Virus record (IMG/VR): IMGVR_UViG_3300044701_003269
Span: 1-64,000 of that record
Strand: one strand, 5' to 3'
Length of the DNA: 64,000 bases
Source of the DNA: a virus
The notes under the pieces are model-generated. The model was not told the DNA's origin, did not search any database, and worked only from the letters and a program-made list of their open reading frames with translations. Positions 18,759 through 28,678 of the stretch are shown here, piece by piece (position 1 is the first letter of the stretch; every line of letters starts with the position of its first letter). A program made the translations under genes and the position numbers.

Positions 18759-19583
18759 ATGAAAAAAATACCCGATTTAGTTTTTCATCATCACACCTCA
18801 TTAGGGGATCATTTTATTTGTAACGGAATTGTTCATACTTATGCAGAACAATTGTGTGATAGGTTACATCTACCATGTCATCACAGATATTATGAAACCA
18901 TTTCATGTCTTTATCAGGACTTTGAAAATATTATTGTTCACTCATTTGATGATGATTGGCCTACCCTAGAACAGGAAATGTTTCCTTGGGCTCAAAAAAA
19001 TGGATGGCCAGTTACTAGAATAGGATTCGAAAATGTTTACTACAGAAACATACACAGAGTAAATTTACCACCAGAATATGTTTCAATTAATTTTGATAGG
19101 CAATTTTATGAGCAAGCTAATATTCTTTTTAGTGAAAGGTATAACAAATTTAGATTTCCTCAAAACATTGAAGGTTGTGAAGAATTGTATGCTAAATTGA
19201 CAGAAGGCGAAACCGAGTATATAATTGTACATAGAAATTCTAGCGCTGCTGGAGGAAAATCTACAGCTAAAGACCATTTGTTAAAAAAAGGATATGATAT
19301 CGATCTCTACAGTTGGAGAAAAGATAATGATTCTAATCTGAAGGTTGTTGAAATTCAAATGGGACAAACTTCAAATATGTTGGCATATATGAAGTTAATT
19401 GAAAACGCAAAGGAAATACATTGTATTAATAGTAGTTTCTTCTGTTTAGTTGATAGTGTATGTACCAAAATCAAAGCAAAACTTTTTTATCATGATATCC
19501 GCATTAATAATATAACGCAAATTAATTGCTGGACTACTGGAGGAAATCGTTGGACTGTTGTTGATTATCCCTATAAAAAATAA
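18759..19583 (+). CDS. Putative glycosyltransferase
   Basis: HTSLGDHFIC start and IENAKEIHCINSSF; island context. Confidence 0.5.
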   Translation: MKKIPDLVFHHHTSLGDHFICNGIVHTYAEQLCDRLHLPCHHRYYETISCLYQDFENIIVHSFDDDWPTLEQEMFPWAQKNGWPVTRIGFENVYYRNIHRVNLPPEYVSINFDRQFYEQANILFSERYNKFRFPQNIEGCEELYAKLTEGETEYIIVHRNSSAAGGKSTAKDHLLKKGYDIDLYSWRKDNDSNLKVVEIQMGQTSNMLAYMKLIENAKEIHCINSSFFCLVDSVCTKIKAKLFYHDIRINNITQINCWTTGGNRWTVVDYPYKK

Positions 19584-19588
19584 TAAAA

Positions 19589-20077
19589 ATGGAATTAATT
19601 AAATTTGAAAATACTGATTACCTAAAATTTCAATCATTGGGAAATGCCTCACAATTCGCAATTCCTTTTGCGAAACAAGTATGTTTTGGCGAAGGGTATG
19701 ATATTGGATGTATGAAAATAGAATGGTCTCTTCCGGGATCTATTCCAATTGATTTGGAATTTGATGATCCTTGGGATGCTAATAATTTGCCAGACAAACA
19801 AGTTGATTATATTTTTTCTAGTCATTGTTTGGAGCATGTTCCTGATTGGGTTTTTACTCTAGATTATTGGTATGATAAATTAGTTTCTGGTGGAATTTTG
19901 TTTTTATATCTTCCTGATTTTAGTCAAAGATATTGGAGACCTTGGAACAATAAAAAACATAAACATGTTTTTACTCCTGAAATAATTTCTGAATATTTAA
20001 AATACAAAAAATATAAAAATATTTTTGTTTCAGGAATTGACTTAAATAATTCTTTTATGTGTGTATGCGAAAAATGA
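19589..20077 (+). CDS. SAM-dependent methyltransferase (type 11-like)
   Basis: YDIGC, DYIFSSHCLEHV, GGILFLYLP. Confidence 0.75.
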   Translation: MELIKFENTDYLKFQSLGNASQFAIPFAKQVCFGEGYDIGCMKIEWSLPGSIPIDLEFDDPWDANNLPDKQVDYIFSSHCLEHVPDWVFTLDYWYDKLVSGGILFLYLPDFSQRYWRPWNNKKHKHVFTPEIISEYLKYKKYKNIFVSGIDLNNSFMCVCEK

Positions 20078-20952
20078 AAAAAGTAGCAGCTGTAACTTGG
20101 TGTACTGATGATTATGCAGTATATTTAAAACCAGAAAAATTAAAAAAATCAATCAATTATTTTCACCCAGAGATTGATTTTTATATTGTAGACTCCGAAC
20201 AAACTGAAAAAATAAAACAAGAAAATCCTTGGTTGGTATCAGATAAAGTTAAATGCCAGGACTGGATAAAAGTACTTGCATGTCTTCCTTATGTTGAAGA
20301 CTATGATATGGTTATTCTTTTAGATTCTGACTGTATTTGTACTGGAAGTCTTGATAAAGTTATTGAGTCTGACAAAGAACTTATTGGTGTTAGAAATAAT
20401 AATTTTTATGGTAAAGCAGGTGCAGCACAACCATGCACTGTTCCTTTTTATGAACCATATGGTGATGGTGGAATAATTGGCGGAAGTGATTTCGTTAATG
20501 CTGGATTTGTTGCATCAAATGATAAGCAATTTTGGTATGAATGGGGAGATTTTAATAAATTTGTAGCAGAACAAAGTGACTGTAGAACTTTTACTTTTAG
20601 ACCTTGGCCTTTAATTAGAAACGAGCAAGATACTTGGAATCATATTTTTCATGCCAAAGACAAGTATACAAGCGAAATTATTGACAGAGAAGGAAGTGGT
20701 GTTACTTATGGTATAATTAATGCTTGGGGAGAAATTGATCATTGGGAAAGTTGGAAAAAATTATACGTAAAAGATAATCAAATTTTTATTGATCACCCAG
20801 TTACTGGAGAACCATTGAGAACTAGTTTCCTTCATGGTGCTGGAGTTGGAACTATGGAAACAATTAAACCATTGGGAGATCAATATCAATGGATCTATAG
20901 TATTGTTCCTGAAGAAGTTTCTGATTATATCCGTTCTATTGTAGAAGATTAA
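20074..20952 (+). CDS. GT-A glycosyltransferase (GT8-like)
   Basis: LLDSD DxD motif, VNAGFV, NEQD. Confidence 0.65.
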   Translation: MKKVAAVTWCTDDYAVYLKPEKLKKSINYFHPEIDFYIVDSEQTEKIKQENPWLVSDKVKCQDWIKVLACLPYVEDYDMVILLDSDCICTGSLDKVIESDKELIGVRNNNFYGKAGAAQPCTVPFYEPYGDGGIIGGSDFVNAGFVASNDKQFWYEWGDFNKFVAEQSDCRTFTFRPWPLIRNEQDTWNHIFHAKDKYTSEIIDREGSGVTYGIINAWGEIDHWESWKKLYVKDNQIFIDHPVTGEPLRTSFLHGAGVGTMETIKPLGDQYQWIYSIVPEEVSDYIRSIVED

Positions 20953-20956
20953 AAAA

Positions 20957-21514
20957 ATGTTTGGCCAAAATGAAACTGTAAAAATTGATATAGTCCACGC
21001 AAATATTATTGGTGGATTGGTTGCTTCCGCAAAACCAGATAATATTTTGGAACTTGGCATTGGTGGCGGTAGGTCTACTGATCAAATTCTAAGTTCAATT
21101 GAATTTAATCAAAACAATCCAAAGTATACTCTTGTTGATAATTGGTATGATTTTGGATTTACTATGCCAAGTGAAGTAAAAGAAAAATATTCTGAAAAAA
21201 TTAATATAGTAACATCGGATGAAAAAGAATTTATTTTTTCAACAAAAGATAAGTATGATTTTATAATGTCCGATGCTGATCATCACCATACTAATGAATG
21301 GTTTGAGTATGTTTACAATGAATTACTACTCCCCGAAGGTATTTTGATTTATCACGATGTAAATATTTTTCCAGAAATTGAAGGAAACTTCCCAAATTTG
21401 GTAGAGATTTTAGATAAGTGTAAGAAACAAAATATTCATCACAAACTCTTTAATAAATCTACACTCCCCTATGAAAGATGTTATAGAGGATTATTAGTTA
21501 TTTTTAAGCATTGA
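20957..21514 (+). CDS. SAM-dependent methyltransferase (Methyltransf_24-like)
   Basis: ILELGIGGG, DFIMSDADH, GILIYHD. Confidence 0.75.
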   Translation: MFGQNETVKIDIVHANIIGGLVASAKPDNILELGIGGGRSTDQILSSIEFNQNNPKYTLVDNWYDFGFTMPSEVKEKYSEKINIVTSDEKEFIFSTKDKYDFIMSDADHHHTNEWFEYVYNELLLPEGILIYHDVNIFPEIEGNFPNLVEILDKCKKQNIHHKLFNKSTLPYERCYRGLLVIFKH

Positions 21515-21515
21515 T

Positions 21516-21914
21516 ATGAATATTTTTGTGAACGGAACATTCGATATTCTACATAGAGGTCACTTAGAACTTTTGAACTACGCAAAAAGTCTAGGTGACT
21601 ATTTGTGTGTGGGTATTGATACGGATGACAGAGTGAGGGAAAAGAAAGGTCCTACAAGACCTATACATAGTCAAGAAGAAAGGAAATTTTTTCTAGAAAA
21701 TTTAAAAGCAGTAGATGAGGTAAAACTCTTTTCGAGTGATGAAGAACTTGAGGGATTGGTAAAATCGTTCAAACCTGATATAATGGTTGTAGGTTCTGAT
21801 TGGAAAGATAAATCTGTTATAGGTTCTTATTATGCTGCAAAACTAATATTCTTTGACCGTATAGGTGATTATGCCACAACAAAAACCATACAAGATATTA
21901 TTAATCGGAGATAG
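21516..21914 (+). CDS. Nucleotidyltransferase, HldC/RfaE domain II-like
   Basis: NGTFDILHRGH, KGPTRPI, VVGSDW. Confidence 0.85.
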   Translation: MNIFVNGTFDILHRGHLELLNYAKSLGDYLCVGIDTDDRVREKKGPTRPIHSQEERKFFLENLKAVDEVKLFSSDEELEGLVKSFKPDIMVVGSDWKDKSVIGSYYAAKLIFFDRIGDYATTKTIQDIINRR

Positions 21915-22620
21915 TTGCGTTGATGAATATGTCTATGGAACTTGTGAAAGATTAAATCCAGAAGCCCCAGTGCCTATTTTAAAGTTTGGTAGAAAGGAAA
22001 CCAAAAATGGTATGGCATGGAATGTTAGGAATAATCTTCTGGCATTTGGTATGGAAGTTTACATGCTAACCAATAAGGAAAGAATAATCAAAACAAGATA
22101 TATTGACGAAAAGTATAACCAACAAATACTTAGAGTTGATGTTGAAGATAATGTTTCTCCTATGGATTATGAAATACCTGATGAGGAATACGATGCAATT
22201 GTAATATCAGATTATGATAAAGGTTTTATAACACAAGAAAAATTATTTGAAATTGTTTCTAATTCTAATTTTCCAGTATTTGTTGATAGTAAGAAAACAA
22301 TTCTTCCTGAAAGTAATTGTTTTATTAAAATCAATGATAATGAATCAAAACTTTTAAAAAGTAAAAATGATAATTTAATTATTACTAGGGGATCTGCGGG
22401 TGCTGAATATAATGGTGTGTTATATCCAGGAGAAAAGGTAAGTATTTTTGATGTAGTTGGAGCAGGTGATACCTTTTTATCTGCATTGGTTTACTTTTAT
22501 CTTGAATGTGGTACAATAGAAAAAGCAATTCCTTATGCCAACAAGGCTGCATCTATTGCTGTTTCTAATTTTGGAACTTACGTTTTAACTGAAGAGGATA
22601 TAAATGCAATATGTAATTGA
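21865..22620 (+). CDS. PfkB kinase, HldA/RfaE domain I-like heptose-7-phosphate kinase
   Basis: LIGDSCVDEY...RLNPEAPVP, ISDYDKG, DVVGAGDTF. Confidence 0.85.
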   Translation: MIMPQQKPYKILLIGDSCVDEYVYGTCERLNPEAPVPILKFGRKETKNGMAWNVRNNLLAFGMEVYMLTNKERIIKTRYIDEKYNQQILRVDVEDNVSPMDYEIPDEEYDAIVISDYDKGFITQEKLFEIVSNSNFPVFVDSKKTILPESNCFIKINDNESKLLKSKNDNLIITRGSAGAEYNGVLYPGEKVSIFDVVGAGDTFLSALVYFYLECGTIEKAIPYANKAASIAVSNFGTYVLTEEDINAICN

Positions 22621-22930
22621 TATTGACGGAACAATTTGCGAAAACGGTGATTGTTCGTCTTGTAAATATGAAGGAAGTTCTCCTCTTTTAGAGCGAATTG
22701 ATAAAATTAATAAATTGTATGATGAAGGGCATGTGATTAAATACTTTACTGCTCGCGGTATGGGGAGATATGATGATAATGCAACCAAAGCAAAAGAAAA
22801 GTTTTATGCATTAACAAAAATGCAATTAGATTTATGGGGATGCAAATACCACGAACTTATACTAGGAAAACCTTCTGGAGATATCTACATAGACGATAAA
22901 GGAATAAATGCAAATGACTTCTTCAATTAA
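22604..22930 (+). CDS. Small HAD-family phosphatase
   Basis: DIDGT, FTAR, GKP...YIDDK. Confidence 0.8.
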   Translation: MQYVIDIDGTICENGDCSSCKYEGSSPLLERIDKINKLYDEGHVIKYFTARGMGRYDDNATKAKEKFYALTKMQLDLWGCKYHELILGKPSGDIYIDDKGINANDFFN

Positions 22931-23267
22931 ATATGTTCCCAAAGGATGGGGATATGAGAAATGGATCGTGAATAAAAAAGAATACTGTGGAAAACTTCTT
23001 TTCTTTCAAAAAGGTAAAAGGTGTTCTTGGCATTATCACAAACTTAAGGACGAAACATTTTATTTACAATCGGGCAAAATGATGCTATATTATTCTGATG
23101 AGGATGATATTTCATCGGCAAAAACTTTAGTATTAAATTCTGGAGATAACTTTTATGTTTATCCAGGCCTTAGACATCAAATGATTGCTTTAGAAGATAG
23201 TGATTTATTTGAGTTCTCGACGGAACATTTTGATGAAGACAGTTATCGTGTAATTAAAGGAGATTAA
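22908..23267 (+). CDS. Cupin-fold sugar isomerase-like protein
   Basis: KGWGYE, SWHYHKLKDETF, RHQM. Confidence 0.75.
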   Translation: MQMTSSIKYVPKGWGYEKWIVNKKEYCGKLLFFQKGKRCSWHYHKLKDETFYLQSGKMMLYYSDEDDISSAKTLVLNSGDNFYVYPGLRHQMIALEDSDLFEFSTEHFDEDSYRVIKGD

Positions 23268-23268
23268 A

Positions 23269-24828
23269 ATGAGTTTTGAAATTAGATTTATAGAAGGTCA
23301 GCATAGAGGATTTCTTTCTAACTATCTAACAATATTGACTAGTTTTTATGTTCTTGAAAAAAAAGGATTTGATCTAAACAAGATTTGCATATCCCCATCA
23401 ATGTTTATGTTGTATGGGAATCCTGCAAATTGGTTTGATCCTTCTAGAGTTTCGGATGATGCTAATAAAGTTTTTAATACTCAAGATGGGTGGTATCATC
23501 AATATCCGTGGGCTTCTTATAGAGAATTTGATATAGACAAATATCGTAAGTACTTTCCTTATAATGAGAGAGTTCAAGGCATCATTGATTCTATTGATCG
23601 AAACAAATATAAAAATTCCTTAGGAGTTCATTATAGGGGAACTGATGGTGTAATGCACACTGAATTTGTCAGTGTGGAAAAATATATCGAATCTACCGAG
23701 AAAGAATTTTTGGAAGGAAACTATGATAGTATTTTTATCACCACAGATCAATCCGACGTTATTGATAAGTTTTTAGACTATTTTAAAAAACAACATAACT
23801 TTACTAATTTTTATTTTTATGATCATCAGAGAACTATGAGTAATTCTGGTCTTCATTATTCAATCGAGGCAAGACCTAATGATTTAGCTAGAGTTCTTGC
23901 TGGAGATGAAGTTTTAATTGATGCTCATACTTTATCTATGTGCAAAACAATCATTGGAAAGTCTTCTAATATTACCAACTATGCACGTATCTTGAGTCCT
24001 TATATTGAAATTTTATATCAAGATCTTCATACTAGGAATGACTATGGTGATCATTCTGATTTTAATGAAAAAGGATATTTGGAAAGATTTCCTCAAATTA
24101 GAATGAGAGACATTCAACCTTTTATTTTTAACTGGAACAACCAGTTTGAAAAAACCTGCGCCATTGAAGATGCACTGAAAGAAATTTTTGATGATGTTAC
24201 TGTAATTAACAGCGATGATAATAATACCAGAGAAGGTTGGATTGACTTAGGTGACTCTGCATATTTTACTTCTCAATTTACCAAAGCACTTGAACTTTTT
24301 AAAGACGATAAGAAAGTTCTTCTTCATATTCAAGGTGACACTGAATATGATAAATGGAAAGAACTTGTAAACGATGCAAGAAAGTATTATAATCTTTATG
24401 AATGGGGAGTCTATTCCCCAGATGTAACCAATGTCTGGTATACTCCAGACCAAACAGACATTGAAGGATTGGAATCTGAAGATTCAAATATTAAGATGGT
24501 GGCATGTACTGATGAAACAGTTTGGTTCATTCACAGAGATATAATTAAAGATTTTTATAATAGAAATCTGTCAGAAATTATGACTCCCGAAACCATGAAG
24601 ATGGGATGGGGATGGGATCTCGTAATGAATGCAATTTCTTTCATTATGCAAAGGCCTGTTATTAGAGATTATAACCATCAAATTCAACATGCATTAGGAA
24701 CAAATTACAATAAAGAAACAGCAGGCCAAGAAATGGCAAATTTATGGTCTAATTTGCCGGATGACCTAAAGGAGTGTATTAGTTATATCAAGGGTGATAG
24801 AGAAAAATTAGTAAAATACTTTGAATAA
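23269..24828 (+). CDS. Two-domain glycosyltransferase (NodZ-like N-domain plus GT-A-like C-domain)
   Basis: GVHYRGTD/ITTD/SSNI in the N-half; GWGWD in the C-half. Confidence 0.55.
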   Translation: MSFEIRFIEGQHRGFLSNYLTILTSFYVLEKKGFDLNKICISPSMFMLYGNPANWFDPSRVSDDANKVFNTQDGWYHQYPWASYREFDIDKYRKYFPYNERVQGIIDSIDRNKYKNSLGVHYRGTDGVMHTEFVSVEKYIESTEKEFLEGNYDSIFITTDQSDVIDKFLDYFKKQHNFTNFYFYDHQRTMSNSGLHYSIEARPNDLARVLAGDEVLIDAHTLSMCKTIIGKSSNITNYARILSPYIEILYQDLHTRNDYGDHSDFNEKGYLERFPQIRMRDIQPFIFNWNNQFEKTCAIEDALKEIFDDVTVINSDDNNTREGWIDLGDSAYFTSQFTKALELFKDDKKVLLHIQGDTEYDKWKELVNDARKYYNLYEWGVYSPDVTNVWYTPDQTDIEGLESEDSNIKMVACTDETVWFIHRDIIKDFYNRNLSEIMTPETMKMGWGWDLVMNAISFIMQRPVIRDYNHQIQHALGTNYNKETAGQEMANLWSNLPDDLKECISYIKGDREKLVKYFE

Positions 24829-25619
24829 TGGATAATAACAAGTCAACATTTAAACTTAAAGGCCTTCCTCAAATCTATTGGATAAATTTGGATGCAGATA
24901 CTCACCGCCGCGAGTATATGGAAAAACAATTTGAGTATTGGGAAATTCAAAATCATACACGTATTTCTGGTTATGATGGGAGGGAAGATGATGTGTCCAG
25001 TCATCTTAAAGGAAGAATCCCCGATAATGTAAGTCAGAATGAGTTGGGATGTTGTATGTCCCATCTTAAAGCAATCAAACATTTTTATGAAAATACGAAT
25101 GATGATTACTGCCTAATTCTTGAAGATGATGTTAATCTTGATATGGCAAAGTATTGGAATTTTACTTGGACGGAATTTTTCTCACTTATCCCGTATGATT
25201 GGGATTGTGTGCAATTAACTACAATTTGTACTGGAGATATTCACGTCAAATTGCATTTAAAGTTTATTAATGACTTTTCTGCGGCAATCTACCTCATTAG
25301 TAGACATCATGCATCTAAACTAATGAAACATCATGTTCGTGGTGATAAGTATAAACTTGATAATGGCGTAAAACCAAGGGCAGTTTCTGAAGATACAATT
25401 TTAGAAACTGGTAAGACTTATACTATTCCTCTTTTCTTATATAACTTGAATATGGGTTCTGCTATACATATGGATCACCTTAGTATTTTCCATAAAGGGC
25501 CTCATGATGCTTTACTAAATTGGTGGCAACAATCTGGAGCAGATGTTGACATCAGAGAATATATGAATTATGATCCATATCTTGGTAGGATTACCGAATC
25601 ATCTCAGAAAGCCACTTGA
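24828..25619 (+). CDS. Glycosyltransferase family 25
   Basis: YWINLD...RR, ELGCCMSH, LILEDD. Confidence 0.85.
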   Translation: MDNNKSTFKLKGLPQIYWINLDADTHRREYMEKQFEYWEIQNHTRISGYDGREDDVSSHLKGRIPDNVSQNELGCCMSHLKAIKHFYENTNDDYCLILEDDVNLDMAKYWNFTWTEFFSLIPYDWDCVQLTTICTGDIHVKLHLKFINDFSAAIYLISRHHASKLMKHHVRGDKYKLDNGVKPRAVSEDTILETGKTYTIPLFLYNLNMGSAIHMDHLSIFHKGPHDALLNWWQQSGADVDIREYMNYDPYLGRITESSQKAT

Positions 25620-25712
25620 CAAAAAACCAAGTCGCCTTTAAACTAAATAAGTACTTAAGAATTCTGTTGTAATTCTTAATCTTTGTCCTATAGTACAAAC
25701 AAACAACAATCT

Positions 25713-27182
25713 ATGAAATTCTTTCAACAACTGATGCTTGCACCTGTTGCTCTGGGAATGGTTGCTCCTGCTGCGATGGCCGCAGAACTTAATATGAATG
25801 GAGTCAACCAATATGCTTCCCAAGAACAGGTAACAAGCGTTACCCAATTTTCTGATGTGCAACCAACCGATTGGGCATATCAGGCACTCAGCAACCTAGT
25901 AGAGCGTTATGGTTGCGTTGCTGGTTATCCCAACGGCACTTTCCGTGGTGGTCGTGCAATGACCCGCTATGAGGCAGCAGCACTTCTCAATGCTTGCCTT
26001 GACCGTGTAACTGAAGTTACTGATGAACTCAAGCGTCTTGCTAATGAGTTTGCTGCAGAACTCGCAGTTCTCAAGGGTCGTGTAGATGGTCTGGAAGCAC
26101 AAGTTACTACACTTGAAGCTCAACAGTTTTCCACCACTACCAAACTCCGTGGTGAAGCAAACTTTGTTCTTGGTGGTGTTGATGATTACCAAACCAAAGG
26201 TGGTGACATCACCCGCACCGCATTCAACTATGATCTGCGTCTGAACCTGGATACTTCATTCACTGGTAAGGATCTGCTTCGCACTCGTCTGCGTTCTGCT
26301 AACTTCAGCAGCAATCCTTTCGGTTCCAGTTCTTCAATCTTCAAGCTTGATAAGGCAGACGGCACTGTAAGCGAAGTTGGTAACAATGTAGTTATCGACC
26401 GTCTGTTCTATCAGTTCCCTGCTTTCAATAACAAAGCAACCATCACTGCTGGTGCTCTGGTTCGTAACACTGAGATGGCTTGGATTCCTTCGGCATATGA
26501 CTCCAAGATTCTTGACTTCTTCCAAGTAGCAGGTGCTCCTGGTGTTTATAACAAGGCAACTGGTTCTGGTTTCGGTATCCAGTATGGCAAGAAAGGTCTT
26601 GTTGCTGGAATCAACTATGTAGCACAAAATGGTGCTGATAGTTCCACTGGTGAGTTTGACCGTTCTGGTGCTCTGAATACTCTGGCACAAGTCGGTTATC
26701 GTGGCACTAACTGGGGTGCTGCTTTCGGTTATCGTTATGGAACTGAAGGCACCCGTGTTCGCACTTACAATGGCCTTGATGGTGCTTCAGGTGCTCTGGT
26801 TCCTGGTCAAACCTCTAACGGTTATGCTATCAACGCATACTGGGAACCCACCCAATCTGGTTGGGCACCTTCTATCTCCGCAGGTTATGGTTGGAACACT
26901 GTAAGTAGCACCCAAAGTGATGCTACAAACAGTCAGTCCTGGTTTGCTGGTCTCACCTGGGATGATGTGTTTGTTGATGGTAACTCTGCTGGTGTTGCTA
27001 TCGGTCAAGCACCTACTGGAGAAAATCTTGAGAAGTCCACTCTTCTTGAAATCTTCTACAAGTATCAAGTGTCTGATAACATCAGTGTCACTCCTGCTAT
27101 CATCTATGGTAGCGACAATCAGCGTCTTGCTGGCAACTCCTCCAACTGGGGTGGCGTGATTCAAACTACCTTCAAGTTCTGA
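25713..27182 (+). CDS. Cyanobacterial SLH-domain outer-membrane porin (Som/OprB type)
   Basis: Signal peptide, QFSDVQPTDWAYQAL SLH, FSTTTKLRGE, terminal TTFKF. Confidence 0.93.
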   Translation: MKFFQQLMLAPVALGMVAPAAMAAELNMNGVNQYASQEQVTSVTQFSDVQPTDWAYQALSNLVERYGCVAGYPNGTFRGGRAMTRYEAAALLNACLDRVTEVTDELKRLANEFAAELAVLKGRVDGLEAQVTTLEAQQFSTTTKLRGEANFVLGGVDDYQTKGGDITRTAFNYDLRLNLDTSFTGKDLLRTRLRSANFSSNPFGSSSSIFKLDKADGTVSEVGNNVVIDRLFYQFPAFNNKATITAGALVRNTEMAWIPSAYDSKILDFFQVAGAPGVYNKATGSGFGIQYGKKGLVAGINYVAQNGADSSTGEFDRSGALNTLAQVGYRGTNWGAAFGYRYGTEGTRVRTYNGLDGASGALVPGQTSNGYAINAYWEPTQSGWAPSISAGYGWNTVSSTQSDATNSQSWFAGLTWDDVFVDGNSAGVAIGQAPTGENLEKSTLLEIFYKYQVSDNISVTPAIIYGSDNQRLAGNSSNWGGVIQTTFKF

Positions 27183-27204
27183 TAATCCACTCATAACTTG
27201 AGTT

Positions 27205-27232
27205 AAAGCACTCCATTACGGGGTGCTTTTTT
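27205..27232 (+). terminator. Rho-independent terminator
   Basis: AAAGCACTCC/GGGGTGCTTT plus T run. Confidence 0.7.
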
Positions 27233-27236
27233 ATTG

Positions 27237-27275
27237 GTTAACCAAAACCTTAACCAAACCTTAGTGGACTTTAAG
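27237..27275 (+). promoter_or_regulatory. Cyanobacterial Pho box (SphR/PhoB site)
   Basis: TTAACCA at 27238 and 27250, TTAG at 27261, TTAA at 27271 (~11 bp period), directly upstream of pstS. Confidence 0.75.
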
Positions 27276-27328
27276 ATTGTCTTTTGATATTATTGATCAT
27301 GAAGTCAATTCACTTCTAACAACTTTTT

Positions 27329-28291
27329 ATGAAACTCAAACAAATTTTTGCTGTTGGTCTAGTCGCTGCTCCTACTGTTGCTCTTGCTGGGCCTACTATT
27401 AATGGTGCGGGTGCTACTTTCCCCGCTCCAATTTATCAACGATGGTTCCAAGATTATGCACGAACTACTGGGAATAGGGTTAATTATCAGTCCGTTGGTT
27501 CTGGTGCTGGTGTTCGTCAATTTATTGCGGGCACAGTTAACTTCGGAGCAACCGACGAACCAATCAGTTCAGCAGACGCCACCAAAGTAAAACGTGGTGT
27601 CGTTCAAATTCCTATGGTTGGTGGAACGATTGCTGTTGCCTATAACAAACCTGGATGCTCCCTGAAACTGACCCAGAAGCAAACTGTAGATATTTTTGCT
27701 GGACGCATCAAGGATTGGAAAGCACTTGGATGTGCTGCTGGCCCTATTCGTACCGTATATCGTGCAGATGGTTCTGGAACCACTTATGCGTTCACTAATT
27801 CTCTAGATGCTTTTGGTGGATGGAAAGCAGGTGTAGGTAAGTCTGTAAAGTGGCCTACTGGTATTGGTGCTAAAGGTAATGAGGGTGTGTCTGGTAGCAT
27901 TCGCCAAACCCCAGGTTCTATTGGTTATGTTAATACTGGATTTGTAAAAGCAAACAAACTCCAAGCAGCAGCAATTCAAAATAAGGCAGGTAAGTTTGTT
28001 CTTCCTACCGCTGCTTCTGGTTCTGCTGCTCTGAATGGTATCAAACTGGACGCAAACCTTGCTGGCGAAAATCCGAATCCTGCTGGAGCAACCGCATACC
28101 CAATTTCAACTTTGACTTGGGTTCTTGCTTACAAGACTGGTAATGGTTCTAACACCACTGCTATTCGCAACGCACTCAACTATGCTCTGAGTTCTAAGGC
28201 ACAATCACTTGCTGATGACCTTGGATATGTTCCTCTGAGTGGTTCTATCCTTAACCGAGCACGGATTGCCGTAAACCGAATCGGTCAGTAA
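27329..28291 (+). CDS. pstS: Phosphate ABC transporter substrate-binding protein
   Basis: GAGATFP, YQSVGSGAG, RADGSGTT, KGNEGV, YPIS. Confidence 0.95.
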   Translation: MKLKQIFAVGLVAAPTVALAGPTINGAGATFPAPIYQRWFQDYARTTGNRVNYQSVGSGAGVRQFIAGTVNFGATDEPISSADATKVKRGVVQIPMVGGTIAVAYNKPGCSLKLTQKQTVDIFAGRIKDWKALGCAAGPIRTVYRADGSGTTYAFTNSLDAFGGWKAGVGKSVKWPTGIGAKGNEGVSGSIRQTPGSIGYVNTGFVKANKLQAAAIQNKAGKFVLPTAASGSAALNGIKLDANLAGENPNPAGATAYPISTLTWVLAYKTGNGSNTTAIRNALNYALSSKAQSLADDLGYVPLSGSILNRARIAVNRIGQ

Positions 28292-28307
28292 ATCTAAACA
28301 AAACCTT

Positions 28308-28363
28308 AAGGGATGCTTGACATCCCTTTCTTTTTGCTATATAATTGTGTAACAATTCGTAAT
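28308..28363 (+). promoter_or_regulatory. Terminator with embedded sigma70 promoter, plus HLR1-like repeat upstream of hli
   Basis: AAGGGATG/CATCCCTT; TTGACA(28317)-N17-TATAAT; GTAAC-N-GTAAT. Confidence 0.6.
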
Positions 28364-28372
28364 AAAGCGAAA

Positions 28373-28582
28373 ATGACTGTAACTAAAAACGAGTTCGGGC
28401 AAATGAATATGTTTGCCAAAGAACCTTCGATGTATATGACCAAGGAAGACCTTGAGCGTTATGGCATCGAACCCTATGCTGAGAAAGCGGAGAAAATGAA
28501 TGGACGCTGGGCTATGGTCGGTATTGTTGCTGGGGCTATTTCTTACGCTCTCACTGGCAACCTCTTCTTTGGAGTAGTTTGA
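28373..28582 (+). CDS. hli: High-light inducible protein
   Basis: NMFAKEP and AEKMNGRWAMVG. Confidence 0.92.
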   Translation: MTVTKNEFGQMNMFAKEPSMYMTKEDLERYGIEPYAEKAEKMNGRWAMVGIVAGAISYALTGNLFFGVV

Positions 28583-28591
28583 GACTTGACA

Positions 28592-28678
28592 ATGACTTCA
28601 CTTTTGTTTACAATGACATCCGTTGCCTTCTTCGTTTTGTTGGCAGCATCCGTTGAAAAAATTTGTGAGACTTACTAA
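28592..28678 (+). CDS. 28 aa hydrophobic peptide
   Basis: [28 protein letters not shown], coupled to petF by TAATG. Confidence 0.45.
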   Translation: MTSLLFTMTSVAFFVLLAASVEKICETY

